A model generated the notes under the pieces. It was not told the DNA's origin. It saw only the letters and a program-made list of their open reading frames with translations, and searched no databases. 64,000 bases of DNA, taken from the NCBI GenBank assembly GCA_951406725.2, contig OX597817.1:16988001-17052000 (forward strand). The letters run 5' to 3'. The stretch comes from Octopus vulgaris. Taxonomy: Eukaryota. Shown in pieces: positions 13,225 to 24,550 of the stretch (position 1 is its first letter; each line of letters begins with the position of its first letter). The position numbers and the translations under genes were made by a program.

Positions 13225-13454
13225 GGCGGTGAGCTGGCAGAAACGTTAGCACGCCGGGCGAAATGCTTAGCAGTATTTCGTCTGCGTTACGTTGTGAGTT
13301 CAAATTTCGCCGAGGTCGACTTTGCCTTTCATCCTTTCAGGGTCGATAAATTAAGTACTAGTTACGCACTGGGGTCGATGTAATCGACTTAATACCTATG
13401 TCTGTCCTTGTTTGTCCCCTCTGTGTTCAGCCCCTTGTGGGTAATAAAGAAATA
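13225..13454 (+). mobile_element. SINE family B
   Basis: full-length copy, TSD-like TAC(C/T)TTTGTCCAA. Confidence 0.9.
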
Positions 13455-14986
13455 GGTACTTTTGTCCAACACTTTCCATACTTATGCACCTTTGACCTCA
13501 TTCCTGTCCCTGTGCATCTCTCTTGCACATTGCCATATTTCACATCATTTGTGCTGTCATTACGTCTCTGACCAACTCCTATTTCCTCCACCTTCTTCTC
13601 ACATTGACCATGCTGCCACCCATGTCCCATTCACTGCATTTACCTCTATCCATCTGCCACTCTCCTTTCACACACTCCTGAACTTACTTAACCACTCACC
13701 TTGTCTAATCCTCTGTTCAGCTTCTCTCTTCTATCCACCTTGCATCTTGAAGTTACACCCTGACACCTCATCACCACCATCTTTTTTTCTCTTTCCAGCT
13801 GAAGTAGCCATGCATCCTCTACAGCCAAACACCTGTTCCTGCAGTCTGTCATACTTTTGCCTCTCACCAATCAGCATAAATCTGGCCCATCTCAGTACTC
13901 CGCCCCTCCTCAGTCAACTGTCTTGTGTTGTTTGTTATTTGAGAAAAAAAAGCACTCAGCACACTCTGTAAAATGTTTGGCATTATAGGAAGGGCATCCA
14001 GCTGTGGAATCCATACCAAAGCAAATATTGGATGGAACTCAGCACAGCCTTCTAGCTTGTTAGATCCTGGAGACCCATCCAACTTATGCCAGCATTGGAA
14101 GACGGATGCTAAATGAGGATGATGATGATAATGTATGCATATATGTATGTATGCATGCATGTATATGTGCATGCATGTGTGCATATTAATACAGAGGTTG
14201 AAACTTGAACATAGTCATGTATGCAAGCATGGCTGTGTGGTTAAGAAGCTAGTTTTGCAACCATGTGGTTTCAGGTTCAATTCCATTGCATGCTACCTTA
14301 AGCAAGGATTTTCTAATTTTCTACTATAGTCTCATACCTTGTAAGGGAATTTGGTACATGGAAACTGTATGTGTGTGTGATCACTCCCACCCTTGACAAC
14401 TGGTGTTGGTCTCTACTTCCCCTCAATTTAGTGGTTCAACAAAAGAGACTGATAGAGTAGGTAGCCATCTTTTAATGGAAACAAATTTTGGGGTTGATTT
14501 GTTTGACTAAACTCTCCAAGGTGGTGTCCCACTGCCTTAAAAGACTACAAAGGACATCTTGAACAACATAGCCTCAGATAAGTGATTTATCAAAAAAAAA
14601 AAAAAAGAAAACGAAGAAGAAATTTCTTTGATCATAAGTCTAATCAATCAAGAATGACCTTGGGCTAAGCAAGAATATAGCTATAGGTTATCAATCAGAG
14701 TTCTTTCTGTGAAAACTGATTTCCAGCTGGGCTACTTGAAAGGGGCTGAGGATTAATAGGAACCCATATGTTGTGATGTCTTCCTTTCTTTTCTCCCATT
14801 AGTTTCAAAGGCCATGTGAAGGCCAGGGCACTGCCCTGCCATCTAAGACTAACCATATTTTTTTTTTCTATAAATTAGCATCCTGTCTGAATGCTTTTTT
14901 GTTTTTTTAATATCAGTTTATCTCCATGAAAGACTGTTTATGTTAAGGATCCTTAATTTCTAAAAGACTTAATGTTTCAAACTTTA

Positions 14987-15390
14987 GGCACCGGCATGGT
15001 TGTGTGGTAAGAAGCTTGCTTCCCAACCACATGGTTGTGGGTTCAATCCCACTGTGTGACACCTTGGATAAATGTCTTCTACTATAAGCCTTGGGCTGAT
15101 TAAAGCTTTGTGAGTAGATTTGGTAGACAGAAACTGAAAGCATGATGTATATGTGTGTATGTGTGTATATATCTGTGTGTCTGTCTGTTCCCCACCACTG
15201 CTTCATAATTGGTGTTGGTGTGTTTATGTCCCTCTAACCTAGCTGTTCGGGGAAAAGAGATCAACAGCATAAGTACCAGGCTTAAAAAAAAAAAGTACAG
15301 GGGTTGATCCATTCAACTAAAAGTTCTTCTAGGCAGTGCCCCAGCATGGTCACGGTCTAATGACTGAAGGGAGTAAAAGATAAAAGATTA
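14987..15390 (+). mobile_element. SINE family A (older subfamily)
   Basis: match to family A head and tail. Confidence 0.85.
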
Positions 15391-15497
15391 AAAAAAAGAC
15401 CTAAAATGGAGAAAATAGAAATAATGCAACACAAATGGTAGCATTTGGAGCATTTATTTTGACTCTGCACACTCTTGGTCATTTCCTCACATTTGTT

Positions 15498-15703
15498 TAC
15501 TCTTTTACTCTTTTCAGTCATTTGACTGCGGCCATGCTGGAGTACCGCCTTTAGTCGAGCAACTCGACCCCGGGACTTATTCTTTCTGTAAGCCCAGTAC
15601 TTATTCTATCGGTCTCTTTTTGCCGAACCGCTAAGTGACGGGGACATAAACACACCAGCATCGGTTGTCAAGCAATGCTAGGGGGACAAACACACAAACA
15701 CAA

Positions 15704-15746
<43 letters not shown>

Positions 15747-15911
15747 TACGACAGGCTTCTTTCAGTTTCTGTCTACCAAATCCACTCACAAGGCATTGGT
15801 CGGCCCGGGGCTATAGCGGAAGACACTTTCCCAAGGTGCCACGCAGTGGGACTGAACCCGGAACCATGTGGTTGGTTAGCAAGCTACTTACCACACAGCC
15901 ACTCTTGCACC
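15498..15911 (-). mobile_element. SINE family A
   Basis: young full-length reverse copy. Confidence 0.9.
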
Positions 15912-17319
15912 TATTTAGATCAGAATAATAAAGAATTTAAAATATCAATGCAAATAACTTTTTAGCTTTTGTTTTGGGATTAAGTATTTCAATAAAACTT
16001 TTCATAACATTCCAAATTTTTTATAAATTTATTTATTGAAGAAGTAGGTGGGGGGATGTTGTTTCATAAAATCAGCTCTCACTACTTCCCCTCCTACCAC
16101 TATTGCTACTTATATATCAGTACTACTGCAACATCAAAGCCTGTTTTTGTTTTAAATGTTTATAGTAGAATTTACTGAATAAATTTTAATAATGTGTTAA
16201 TGACCTCAGTGGAGTTTATTTCCTTCTTTAGTCTCTGCTATAATGACATGCAATTAATCACATTACTCAGAAAAATGATGCTGTGATATTTTATCATATC
16301 TTCAAAGGGAGTGGAAAAAAAAAAAAAAAAATGAAATAAAGAATAATAGGATTTAAAAAAAGAAAATTAAATGATTTTCTTGTATAATCAATTAAGTTTA
16401 ACAGATATGTTAATGTGTTGTTTTAGATAGATATCTCTTCGTACACCAATATTACACTTGCTGTTATTTGCTGTCATGACCAGACTGTTTATTCTGAGAT
16501 TAGTAGTGTCTTTGTTTGATCCAAAGTTCTTGCAATTAATTAGCTATATAAAGATGATTTATATCTATTAATCATAATCTATTGCTGTGAGACTGACATT
16601 AAACAAAACATATATATATATATAAAGACATAAGCAAGCACACATACACACATTTTTATTATTAGTTGTACACAGTCATGTACAAACACACATCTCAAAA
16701 AAAAAAAAAATTGAAAAGTAGAAAAATTAAGAAAATCCGAATAAGAGACTATTTTGATGATTATCTGAAATCTAAAGTAATCCTAGATATTCAGTTGTTT
16801 TCTTAACAATTATCTTTTACAATACATTGTTAGAACATAAATAGTTAATGCCGCTGACATTTTACAACTTTACATAACTTCTTTAAACCTTGATCATTCA
16901 ATTGTGTTATAGAATCCTTCTTTGTATTAGATTTAGCACTTTTTGTTCATTTTGTGTTTTAGTTTTACTTATTTCTTAGACAAGGCAAAGTTTATGGCAG
17001 CATTATGTCAAAAATACTGCTTCTAGTCCAGTCTCTGAGAATTAGTAACATTTAAGGATTGGTTAGTATTTACATTATTTGGCTGGACTGCTGCCATTCA
17101 TTAAGGCTTGAAAAACACGTGCCATTCTCAGTTTCTCAGTACAGTGATTTGTACCAGGATACATATATATTATCACAATTTAGGTTAGTTGAAATATGTT
17201 TGTCACATATTTCAAGTGTGATGGTTGTGATATCTTGCATCCTCCAGTTTTCTTTTGTATGTTTGTTGTTCTTCTTAACCCTATATTGACCCTAATAGCG
17301 CAGGCTTATTTTCAAATAT

Positions 17320-17591
17320 AGCTAAAACTCCCTCAAATGACATTCTATCATCTTTGGAATGAAAACATCTGTTGATAAAATGTGGTCCCTGATGCAATCT
17401 GTCTAGAAACAATATGGCATAATCATTGCTTGAATCATCATCATCATCATTGAAAATGGACGCTAAACGATGATGATTCAAGCAATGATTATGCCATATT
17501 GTTTCTAGACAGATTGCATCAGGGACCACATTTTATCAACAGATGTTTTCATTCCAAAGATGATAGAATGTCATTTGAGGGAGTTTTAGCT
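17320..17591. repeat. 123-bp perfect inverted repeat with 26-bp spacer
   Basis: 17320-17442 is the reverse complement of 17469-17591; spacer contains RTE tail remnant GAAAATGGACGCTAAAC. Confidence 0.95.
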
Positions 17592-17764
17592 GTTATTTTT
17601 AGCAAGTTAAACACCCTGTGAAGGTTCTCTCTCTATCTCTCCCCACTTCTCTTTCTTTTCTGTACACTTGTGGATTTCAGTTGCAACTACAGTGGAGGTG
17701 GACAACTGAAGATGTTGTGATGTTATTGTTACTACTTAATTGATTTTTGTTTTAAAATAATTAT

Positions 17765-18050
17765 AATAAAACATTGTGTACAGTGCTCAGGTGCACTACA
17801 ACTCATCTAAAGTGTATGTATAGTACATAGGGTAATGTACAAGCGTCAGGAAAAGAACAGTGCATGAGTCATGACATACACATATGTGTATGAGTATGGA
17901 AGGGGGACAATCAGGTGTAGTTTCGGCGGATTTCGGAAAGCATGAGGGCCTTAAAGGATGCAGTGTCATGGCAATTGCTTGGAGAGCAGAGATGACCATG
18001 TCGACAAGGTATAGGACTAGAAACTGAGATGCTGGCATTTCATATCTTGC
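17765..18050 (-). mobile_element. CR1-like LINE 3' fragment
   Basis: minus strand DTASFKALMLSEIRRNYT* then UTR-like sequence and AT-rich tail. Confidence 0.45.
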
Positions 18051-19511
18051 CACTAGTATTTTGTTGTGTCTTTGAATAACAAATACTTAATGCTTCAATG
18101 ACCCACTCCACAGAGCTATATATATATATATAGGTACTGACTGATACAAACGATTTCCCCATTGTGAGCAATAACAATATTGTAAATGAAATAATGTTTT
18201 GTCTTGTGGTTTTGACTCAATTTCGACACAAGTTATTGTAGCTATGTTACCTGAGATAAATATGCATTCTTCCTTCCAAGAGATTTATCTCTCAACCACT
18301 TAATGCTATGAAAACTGGATGTGTACCAGCCCAGTAAATTGCCAGATTCCATAAGAGAAGGGCATCTCTCTCTCTCTTTCTCTCTCTCATCATCCCTACC
18401 CCTGTATAACATAATCTATTGTATTCGTTGACTTGTGGAAGTGATGGGAGTTAGGCCTAACACTGCAATTTAATGAAAGCTTTGACATCTAAAGAGTGTC
18501 TCCTCTATTTGTATACAGAAGCAAGCTGTGTTTTCTCATGGGGCCTATTTATAGCTAGATAAACTTGAGCTATTGATAATTAAATACAAAACAGTAGCAG
18601 AGATAAGATACAAAGTTTTCACTGTTTGGTTACTGAGCTGGTACATTAAACAAGTCAGGCCCCTCTGTGACTTTCAACAGCTCCAATAATTCATGTAAAT
18701 GTTTGATTTTTTAGAACCATCCAAACATTGGTAACAAAGAAATTACATTATCAAAATATTTTCTTTTATCACAAGGTTAATTCTTCTAGGAGAAATGATA
18801 TTGTCAATTAAGTTAACCCTCATTATATTACTGATATATATTATGGTAGATTAGTAAATCAAAGCTTAGAAAGTTGAAATTCAATATTTTTGTATTGTTT
18901 CTGTCATTTTCTTTTAACTTATTTTGTGATCATATTCCCAACAAGCACACATTTCGCATTTGTGTTTTAATCTTTAAAATAATCAAGAATTATGGGATTT
19001 CTTATAAAATAGCTAATTTTGAAAAAAAAAAAATTTTACACGCTTTTAGCTTTCACATAGTAATGAAATATCACTATGTGAAAGCTATATGATTTGATTT
19101 TAAAATTCTATACATTAAAAGGCGGTGGTTTCCAATGTGTTGGTGTTGAAGAGATTAATTAATCAAATGTGATTAAATTATTTTTAAAACCTTGTTTTAT
19201 AAATTATGCCACCATTAATAGATTAATAGATTTTATTGCCATTAATTGGTTTTGTCACCATTAATTGATTAGAATGTAGTCATATTTTAGAAGCCATAAG
19301 GTGTGTGACAAATTAAACCTTTTATTCTGATGCTTATTTGAAAATATGTGGCAATAGTGTCTGTATTATGGGATGTTTGTTTACCTTTGATCTGTACACA
19401 CTAGCAAAGCTAATGAGGAAGCTACTGTGTTCTGACCATAACAGTTCAGCATGCTATCAGCAGCAGATGTATCTCCTCAAATCACAACTGACTGATTGAT
19501 TGTTTTCTTTA

Positions 19512-19731
19512 CCCTTTCGTTACTGCATTTATTTTGAGATGCTCTGTATTTCTTTCAATTACTTTAAATATAACAAAGAATTTAGTAAAATAACTTAGTC
19601 ATCATTCAGCTGGTGTTAGGAACATAAATTGTGGCTAAGGTTTGGTGGAAGATTTTAATCCAAAATTTATGAAAGGAAGACATTTGTACTCAGAGCCAGA
19701 GCTGGTTTCAGCCGGGTTGTTAACGAAAGGG
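19512..19731. mobile_element. piggyBac-like MITE P1
   Basis: CCCTTTCGTTA ... TAACGAAAGGG TIR, TTAA at right end; three copies in window. Confidence 0.85.
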
Positions 19732-19968
19732 TTAAAATAAAAGCAAATTGGATAGCATAGACCTAGACACTGTTTGACAAAAAGAGGGGAGAAAGGTAAG
19801 GTAAAAAGACAGGCTGGTTACATGTAGAAGGTCTTTAGATCATAGGTGTCCTGAGTTACAGATGACTTAGATAATTAATGATACCAATTAGTGAAAGTGG
19901 GTTTTTATTTTTATATGTTGTGAGTTAGACTTTTCCAGTTTTCATGAAGAATGTTGTCTATAATTTAA

Positions 19969-20548
19969 CCCCTTCATTACTGTATTTATTTTGAGATGCT
20001 CTGTGTTCCTTTCAATTACTTTAAATCATCATCATCATCGTTTAATGTCCGTTCTCCATGCTAGCATGGGTTGGACGGTTTGACCGGGGATCTGGGAAGC
20101 CAGAAGGCTGCACCAGGCTCCGGTCTTATCTGGCAATGTTTCTACAGCTGGATGCCCTTCCTAATGCCAACCACTCTGTGAGTGTAGTGGGTGCTTTTTA
20201 CGTGCCACCTGCACTGGAGCCAGGCGAGGCTGGCATCGGCCATGGTTGGATTGGTACATTTTACGTGCCACCTGCACGGAAGCCAGTTGAGGCGGCACTG
20301 GCTTCGGCCATGATTCGGATGGTGCTTTTTATGTGCCACCGACACGGAAGCCAGTCGAGGCGGCGCTGGCATCAGCCACAACTGGCTTCCGTAAGAATTT
20401 AGTAAAATAACTTAGTTATCATTAAGCTAGTGTTAGGAACATAAATTGTGACTAAGGTTTGGTGGAAGATTTTAATTCAAAACTTATGAAAACAAGACAT
20501 TTTTACTCGGAGCCAGAGCTGGTTTCAGCCGGGTTGGTAACGAAAGGG
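19969..20548. mobile_element. piggyBac-like MITE P1 interrupted by RTE 3' UTR (20026-20390, minus)
   Basis: TTAA-CCC..GGG-TTAA; halves match 19512-19731. Confidence 0.85.
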
Positions 20549-20749
20549 TTAAGATGTAACTAAAAGCTTAAGTCTCAAAATCACACCCCAAATCCTGCAA
20601 CCTCAAAACTGTACGAGTGAATGTTAAATAACAATGTGAGAGTTTTTAATTCATCAATCCCTTGCACCAACACTAACATCATCTCTTTGATTTTGTGTTT
20701 CTCTCTATGTATTCAAAAACATTACATAATTAACTATATGCACCATAAC

Positions 20750-21118
20750 CAGCCACATGGTTCCGGGTTCAGTCCCACTGCATGGCATCTTGGGCAAGTG
20801 TCTTCTGCTATAGCCCCGGGCTGACCAATGCCTTGTGAGTGGATTTGGTAGACGGAAACTGAAAGAAGCCCATATGTATATATATATATATATATGTGCG
20901 TATATGTTTGTGTGTGTGTGTTTGTCCCCCTAGCATTGCCTGACAACCGATGCTGGTGTGTTTACGTCCCCGTTACGTAGCGGTTCGGCAAAAGAGACCG
21001 ATAGAATAAGTACTGGGCTTACAAAAGAATAAGTCCCGGGGTCGATTTGCTCGACTAAAGGCGGTGCTCCAGCATGGCCGCAGTCAAATGACTGAAACAA
21101 GTAAAAGAGTAAAGAGAG
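20750..21118 (+). mobile_element. SINE family A, 5'-truncated
   Basis: match to family A from CCACATGGTTCCGGG. Confidence 0.9.
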
Positions 21119-22013
21119 AGTATCAGCTCTAAGACAAAAGGATATATATTAGTTGTTTTTACAGTTTGTTTTTATGTGGCCCATATTCTAAGGGTCAGAG
21201 CTGCAAGCAGATTTTCATTCATTCTGTCTGCTTAGACTTTTCATAAGTTATTCTGTTTACATAGCATTAACTTCTTACCTTTATACACTTAGTAGCCACA
21301 TGTTGAGGCTGTCATTTGCTTTATTGTTATGGTGTATACTAATTGTGAATAAATAGATTTTAAAAGCATGCTTATTCAGTAAGAGCTGTGCATAATTTAT
21401 AAACACACATAGAAGTAGCTATTATTATTATTGCTGTTATATAAATTAGTTTTCCTCTTTACATTTCGTTTCTTTTTATTCCAACAATTTTAATGTAAAT
21501 GATATTAAACATCGGGAACACCAATTTCAGACAGAAACAGAAAAATAAAAGCTACAGTCTCACTTGTAGGGCTCTAGCTTGATGGGTGGCTGCATTACCG
21601 ATTACATAGTGTTCACTGTGCTATCTCAAATTAGGGACCTGAATTTTTTTTGTTTCTTTTTCAGTACCTAATTTGAAAAGAGGGTGTGGCAGACTCCCTA
21701 CAGTGAAGTTGGTAACCCAGTCATCCAGCAAGTGACAGATACATAATTTACATTAAAGGTTACCGAATGCTATAAGCAGTAGATTCTTAAATGCAGTTTC
21801 CCTCTTAGTTGGAGAATGAAAACAAAATGCTAGTGGCTGATGTTGATGTCACCCAAAGAAAAGGGAAAATAGTTAACTAATTGTAAGAAGTTCGGAATTA
21901 ATTTTCCAGATTAATTTACATGCTGAAGAGGACAGTTCAATCTCTGTTTGCAAACAAGGGCCAATCATGTGTATACTTTAGTCTACTAAATTTCACCAAT
22001 ATATCGACGTCTA

Positions 22014-22244
22014 GGCGGCGAGCTGGTAGAAACGTTAGCACGCCGGGCGAAATTCGTAGCAGTATTTCGTCTGTCATTACGTTCTGAGTTCAAATTCCGC
22101 CGAGGTCGACTTTGCCTTTCATCCTTTCGGGGTCGAATAATTAAGTACCAGTTACACACTGGGGCCGATGTAATCGACTTAATTCGTTTGTCTGTCCTTG
22201 TTTGTCCCCTCTATGTTTAGCCTGTTGTGGGTAGTAAAGAAATA
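22014..22244 (+). mobile_element. SINE family B
   Basis: A box TGGTAGAAACG, B box GAGTTCAAATTCC; 16-bp TSD AATATATCGACGTCTA at 21998-22013 and 22245-22260. Confidence 0.95.
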
Positions 22245-23314
22245 AATATATCGACGTCTAACCAAACCTGCCGAGTTGTGGATAAATTTTTACATACAGA
22301 AAAAGTTGCATATGTTTTTGGCAAATATAATTTGCATAATTAAAAAATGAAATGAGTTAAGGAAAATAACTGAATTGAGCCAAAGGCATGAATTTGGACA
22401 GTTACATTAATGGATGATGTCCTGAATGCTATACACTAAAAGAAAAAAAATCTTTAGTTGTATTGAAATTCTTCTTGAAGACCCTTCTAGACATGTGAAA
22501 TTGAAGTAGGTGACACTCATTTTGAAAATTTGTTGGTTAGTATGACTCAAGATCTGTCAGTAGGCTGTACTGGACTGTAATTTTTCTGTCTCAAATTGGT
22601 CTTCATGGTGAATTGTCTTTTTACATTGAACATCTTACCAGTTAATTCATTCAGTAGACTTTAAATTATATAGATATTCAGCTCTGAATCTAGTGATTTC
22701 TTCAACTATTCATACAGTGAAAGATATTTGGCATTCCACTCTGGAAACCTGATGTAGTCATTAGCCCTCATAGAATAGAGAGAATTCTCAAAGTAAAATC
22801 CACTGTCTGGTCTCAATGTCTAGTTCTAGGTGTTTTCTTTAACTTAAACTACTAATGATATTGGCGTAGGCATGAATGTGACAACTCTGCTCTCAACTTC
22901 AAAGAGAAAATACCGACTTTTGATACCAGTCAAATTATAAAATGGATTTTAAAAAATTTAATTTTCTGTTTTAAAAAACTTTTTTAAAAGAAAATTGGTA
23001 ATTATTTTCATCATTATCATAGTATTATATCAGCAGAATGGCATATATTTTCTGAGTTCAAATCCTTCAGGGTCAACTTAGGCCTTTATCCTACAAGGGT
23101 CAGTAAATTAAGTACCAGTCCAGTTCTGGGATCTGTTTAATCATCTATAGCCCTGCCCCCATCGTTTTGACCTTGTGACTATTATTATTACTTTACTATT
23201 TATCTTTCTTGATTTGATAAAATAGAATACCATTCAAGTACTGCAGTTGATGTAATCAACTAATCAACTCCTGCAAATTTCAGGATTTTTGCCTAAGTTT
23301 TAAATAATTATTAA

Positions 23315-23546
23315 CCCTTTAGCCTTCAGATTATTCTGCCAAATGTAATGTTTATTTATTCACCTTTTATTCACATTGTTTTGAATTTATCCCGCATTAT
23401 CTGTAGCTTCGAGATTTCAATGATGTGACTGTAAATCTTTTAGACTAATATTGTAGGGTTGGTGTGAGAGGCTGGATCTGGCCAGTTTGAACATAAAACA
23501 AGAAGAATATTTTGGTCAAATATGGCCAATTTAAATACTAAAAGAT
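23315..23546. mobile_element. piggyBac-like MITE P2
   Basis: TTAA-CCCTTTTAG..CTAAAAGA-TTAA; matches 54332-54754. Confidence 0.65.
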
Positions 23547-24150
23547 TAAGGGCAGCAGAATCATTAGAACATTGGACAAGATGGTTTAATGATATTTATT
23601 CTGGCTTTTTCACATTCAGGGTTTGTATGAAGCCAGTCTCAACCTTGCTTTTATCCTTTTGGGTTCAATAAAATAAAGTACCAGTCAAAATACTAATGTA
23701 ACTTCCATGCCTCTCAAAATGACCACCTTTGTGGCTAAATTAAAAACCGTTGTAAGGAGGATGGTGGTGTTGGCCAATTTTGGAATTGATATAATTATTT
23801 CTGCACTGCCTGTCTCCCATTAAAAACAAATGTGTGGGTGTTAGCATTGTACCTATGTTAGAAATTCCTATTATTGATATGATGACAGATGGCTGAAATT
23901 ATTAGCTTAACGGCTTTTTGTTTTTTTTTTGTAAGGTTGGTGTATTGACAAAATCATTTGCTCAGATCCTGCTGACATAAATTTCACTTCCTTTTGGGGT
24001 AGACGAAATCAAGGACCAGTTAAGTAGTTGGGTTGATAAAATCAATTAACCTTTCCTTGTAATACAGTTCTATATTTAAGAGATTGAGGAATTATGTACA
24101 TTATTTATATTAGTTACAATTGATGGATATTTGTCCTCATCTTGATTGTT

Positions 24151-24197
24151 AATACAACGTTTCAGTTGATATATCCTCCAGCCTTCATCAGGTGTCT
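24151..24197 (-). ncRNA. minimal type I hammerhead ribozyme (H1, left arm)
   Basis: AGACAC-CTGATGA-A-GGCTG..CAACT-GAAA-CG-TT-GTATT; stems partly decayed. Confidence 0.7.
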
Positions 24198-24425
24198 TGG
24201 GGAAATTTTGAACCTGGGTTCTCATGCCTAAGGTGTTTTTCAATATTATTATTATTATTATTATTCAGGTCACTATCTGGAATCGAACTCAGAATCTTGG
24301 GGTTAGTAGCCCACGCTCTTAACCACTACGCCATATGCCCATGGTTAACCACTATGCCATATGGCATAGTGGTTAAGAGTGCAGGCTACTAACCCCAAGA
24401 TTCCGAGTTCGATTCCAGGCAGTGA

Positions 24426-24466
<41 letters not shown>

Positions 24467-24505
24467 TTGAAAAATACCTTAGGACCCAGGTTCGAAATTT
24501 CCCCA

Positions 24506-24550
24506 AGACACCTGATGAAGGCAGGCGGGTATATCAGCCGAAATGTTGTA
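24506..24550 (+). ncRNA. minimal type I hammerhead ribozyme (H1, right arm)
   Basis: AGACAC-CTGATGA(24512-24518)-A-GGC..GCC-GAAA(24540-24543)-TG-TT-GT. Confidence 0.65.

Noticed and set aside
13462-13971. 169-aa ORF in pyrimidine-rich DNA
   Set aside because: Low-complexity old repeat; a similar sequence occurs reversed near 57500-57900.
24362-24428. Functional tRNA gene
   Set aside because: A and B boxes are present but there is no proper acceptor stem, and it is fused to repeat body sequence; same for SINE A, B and C heads.
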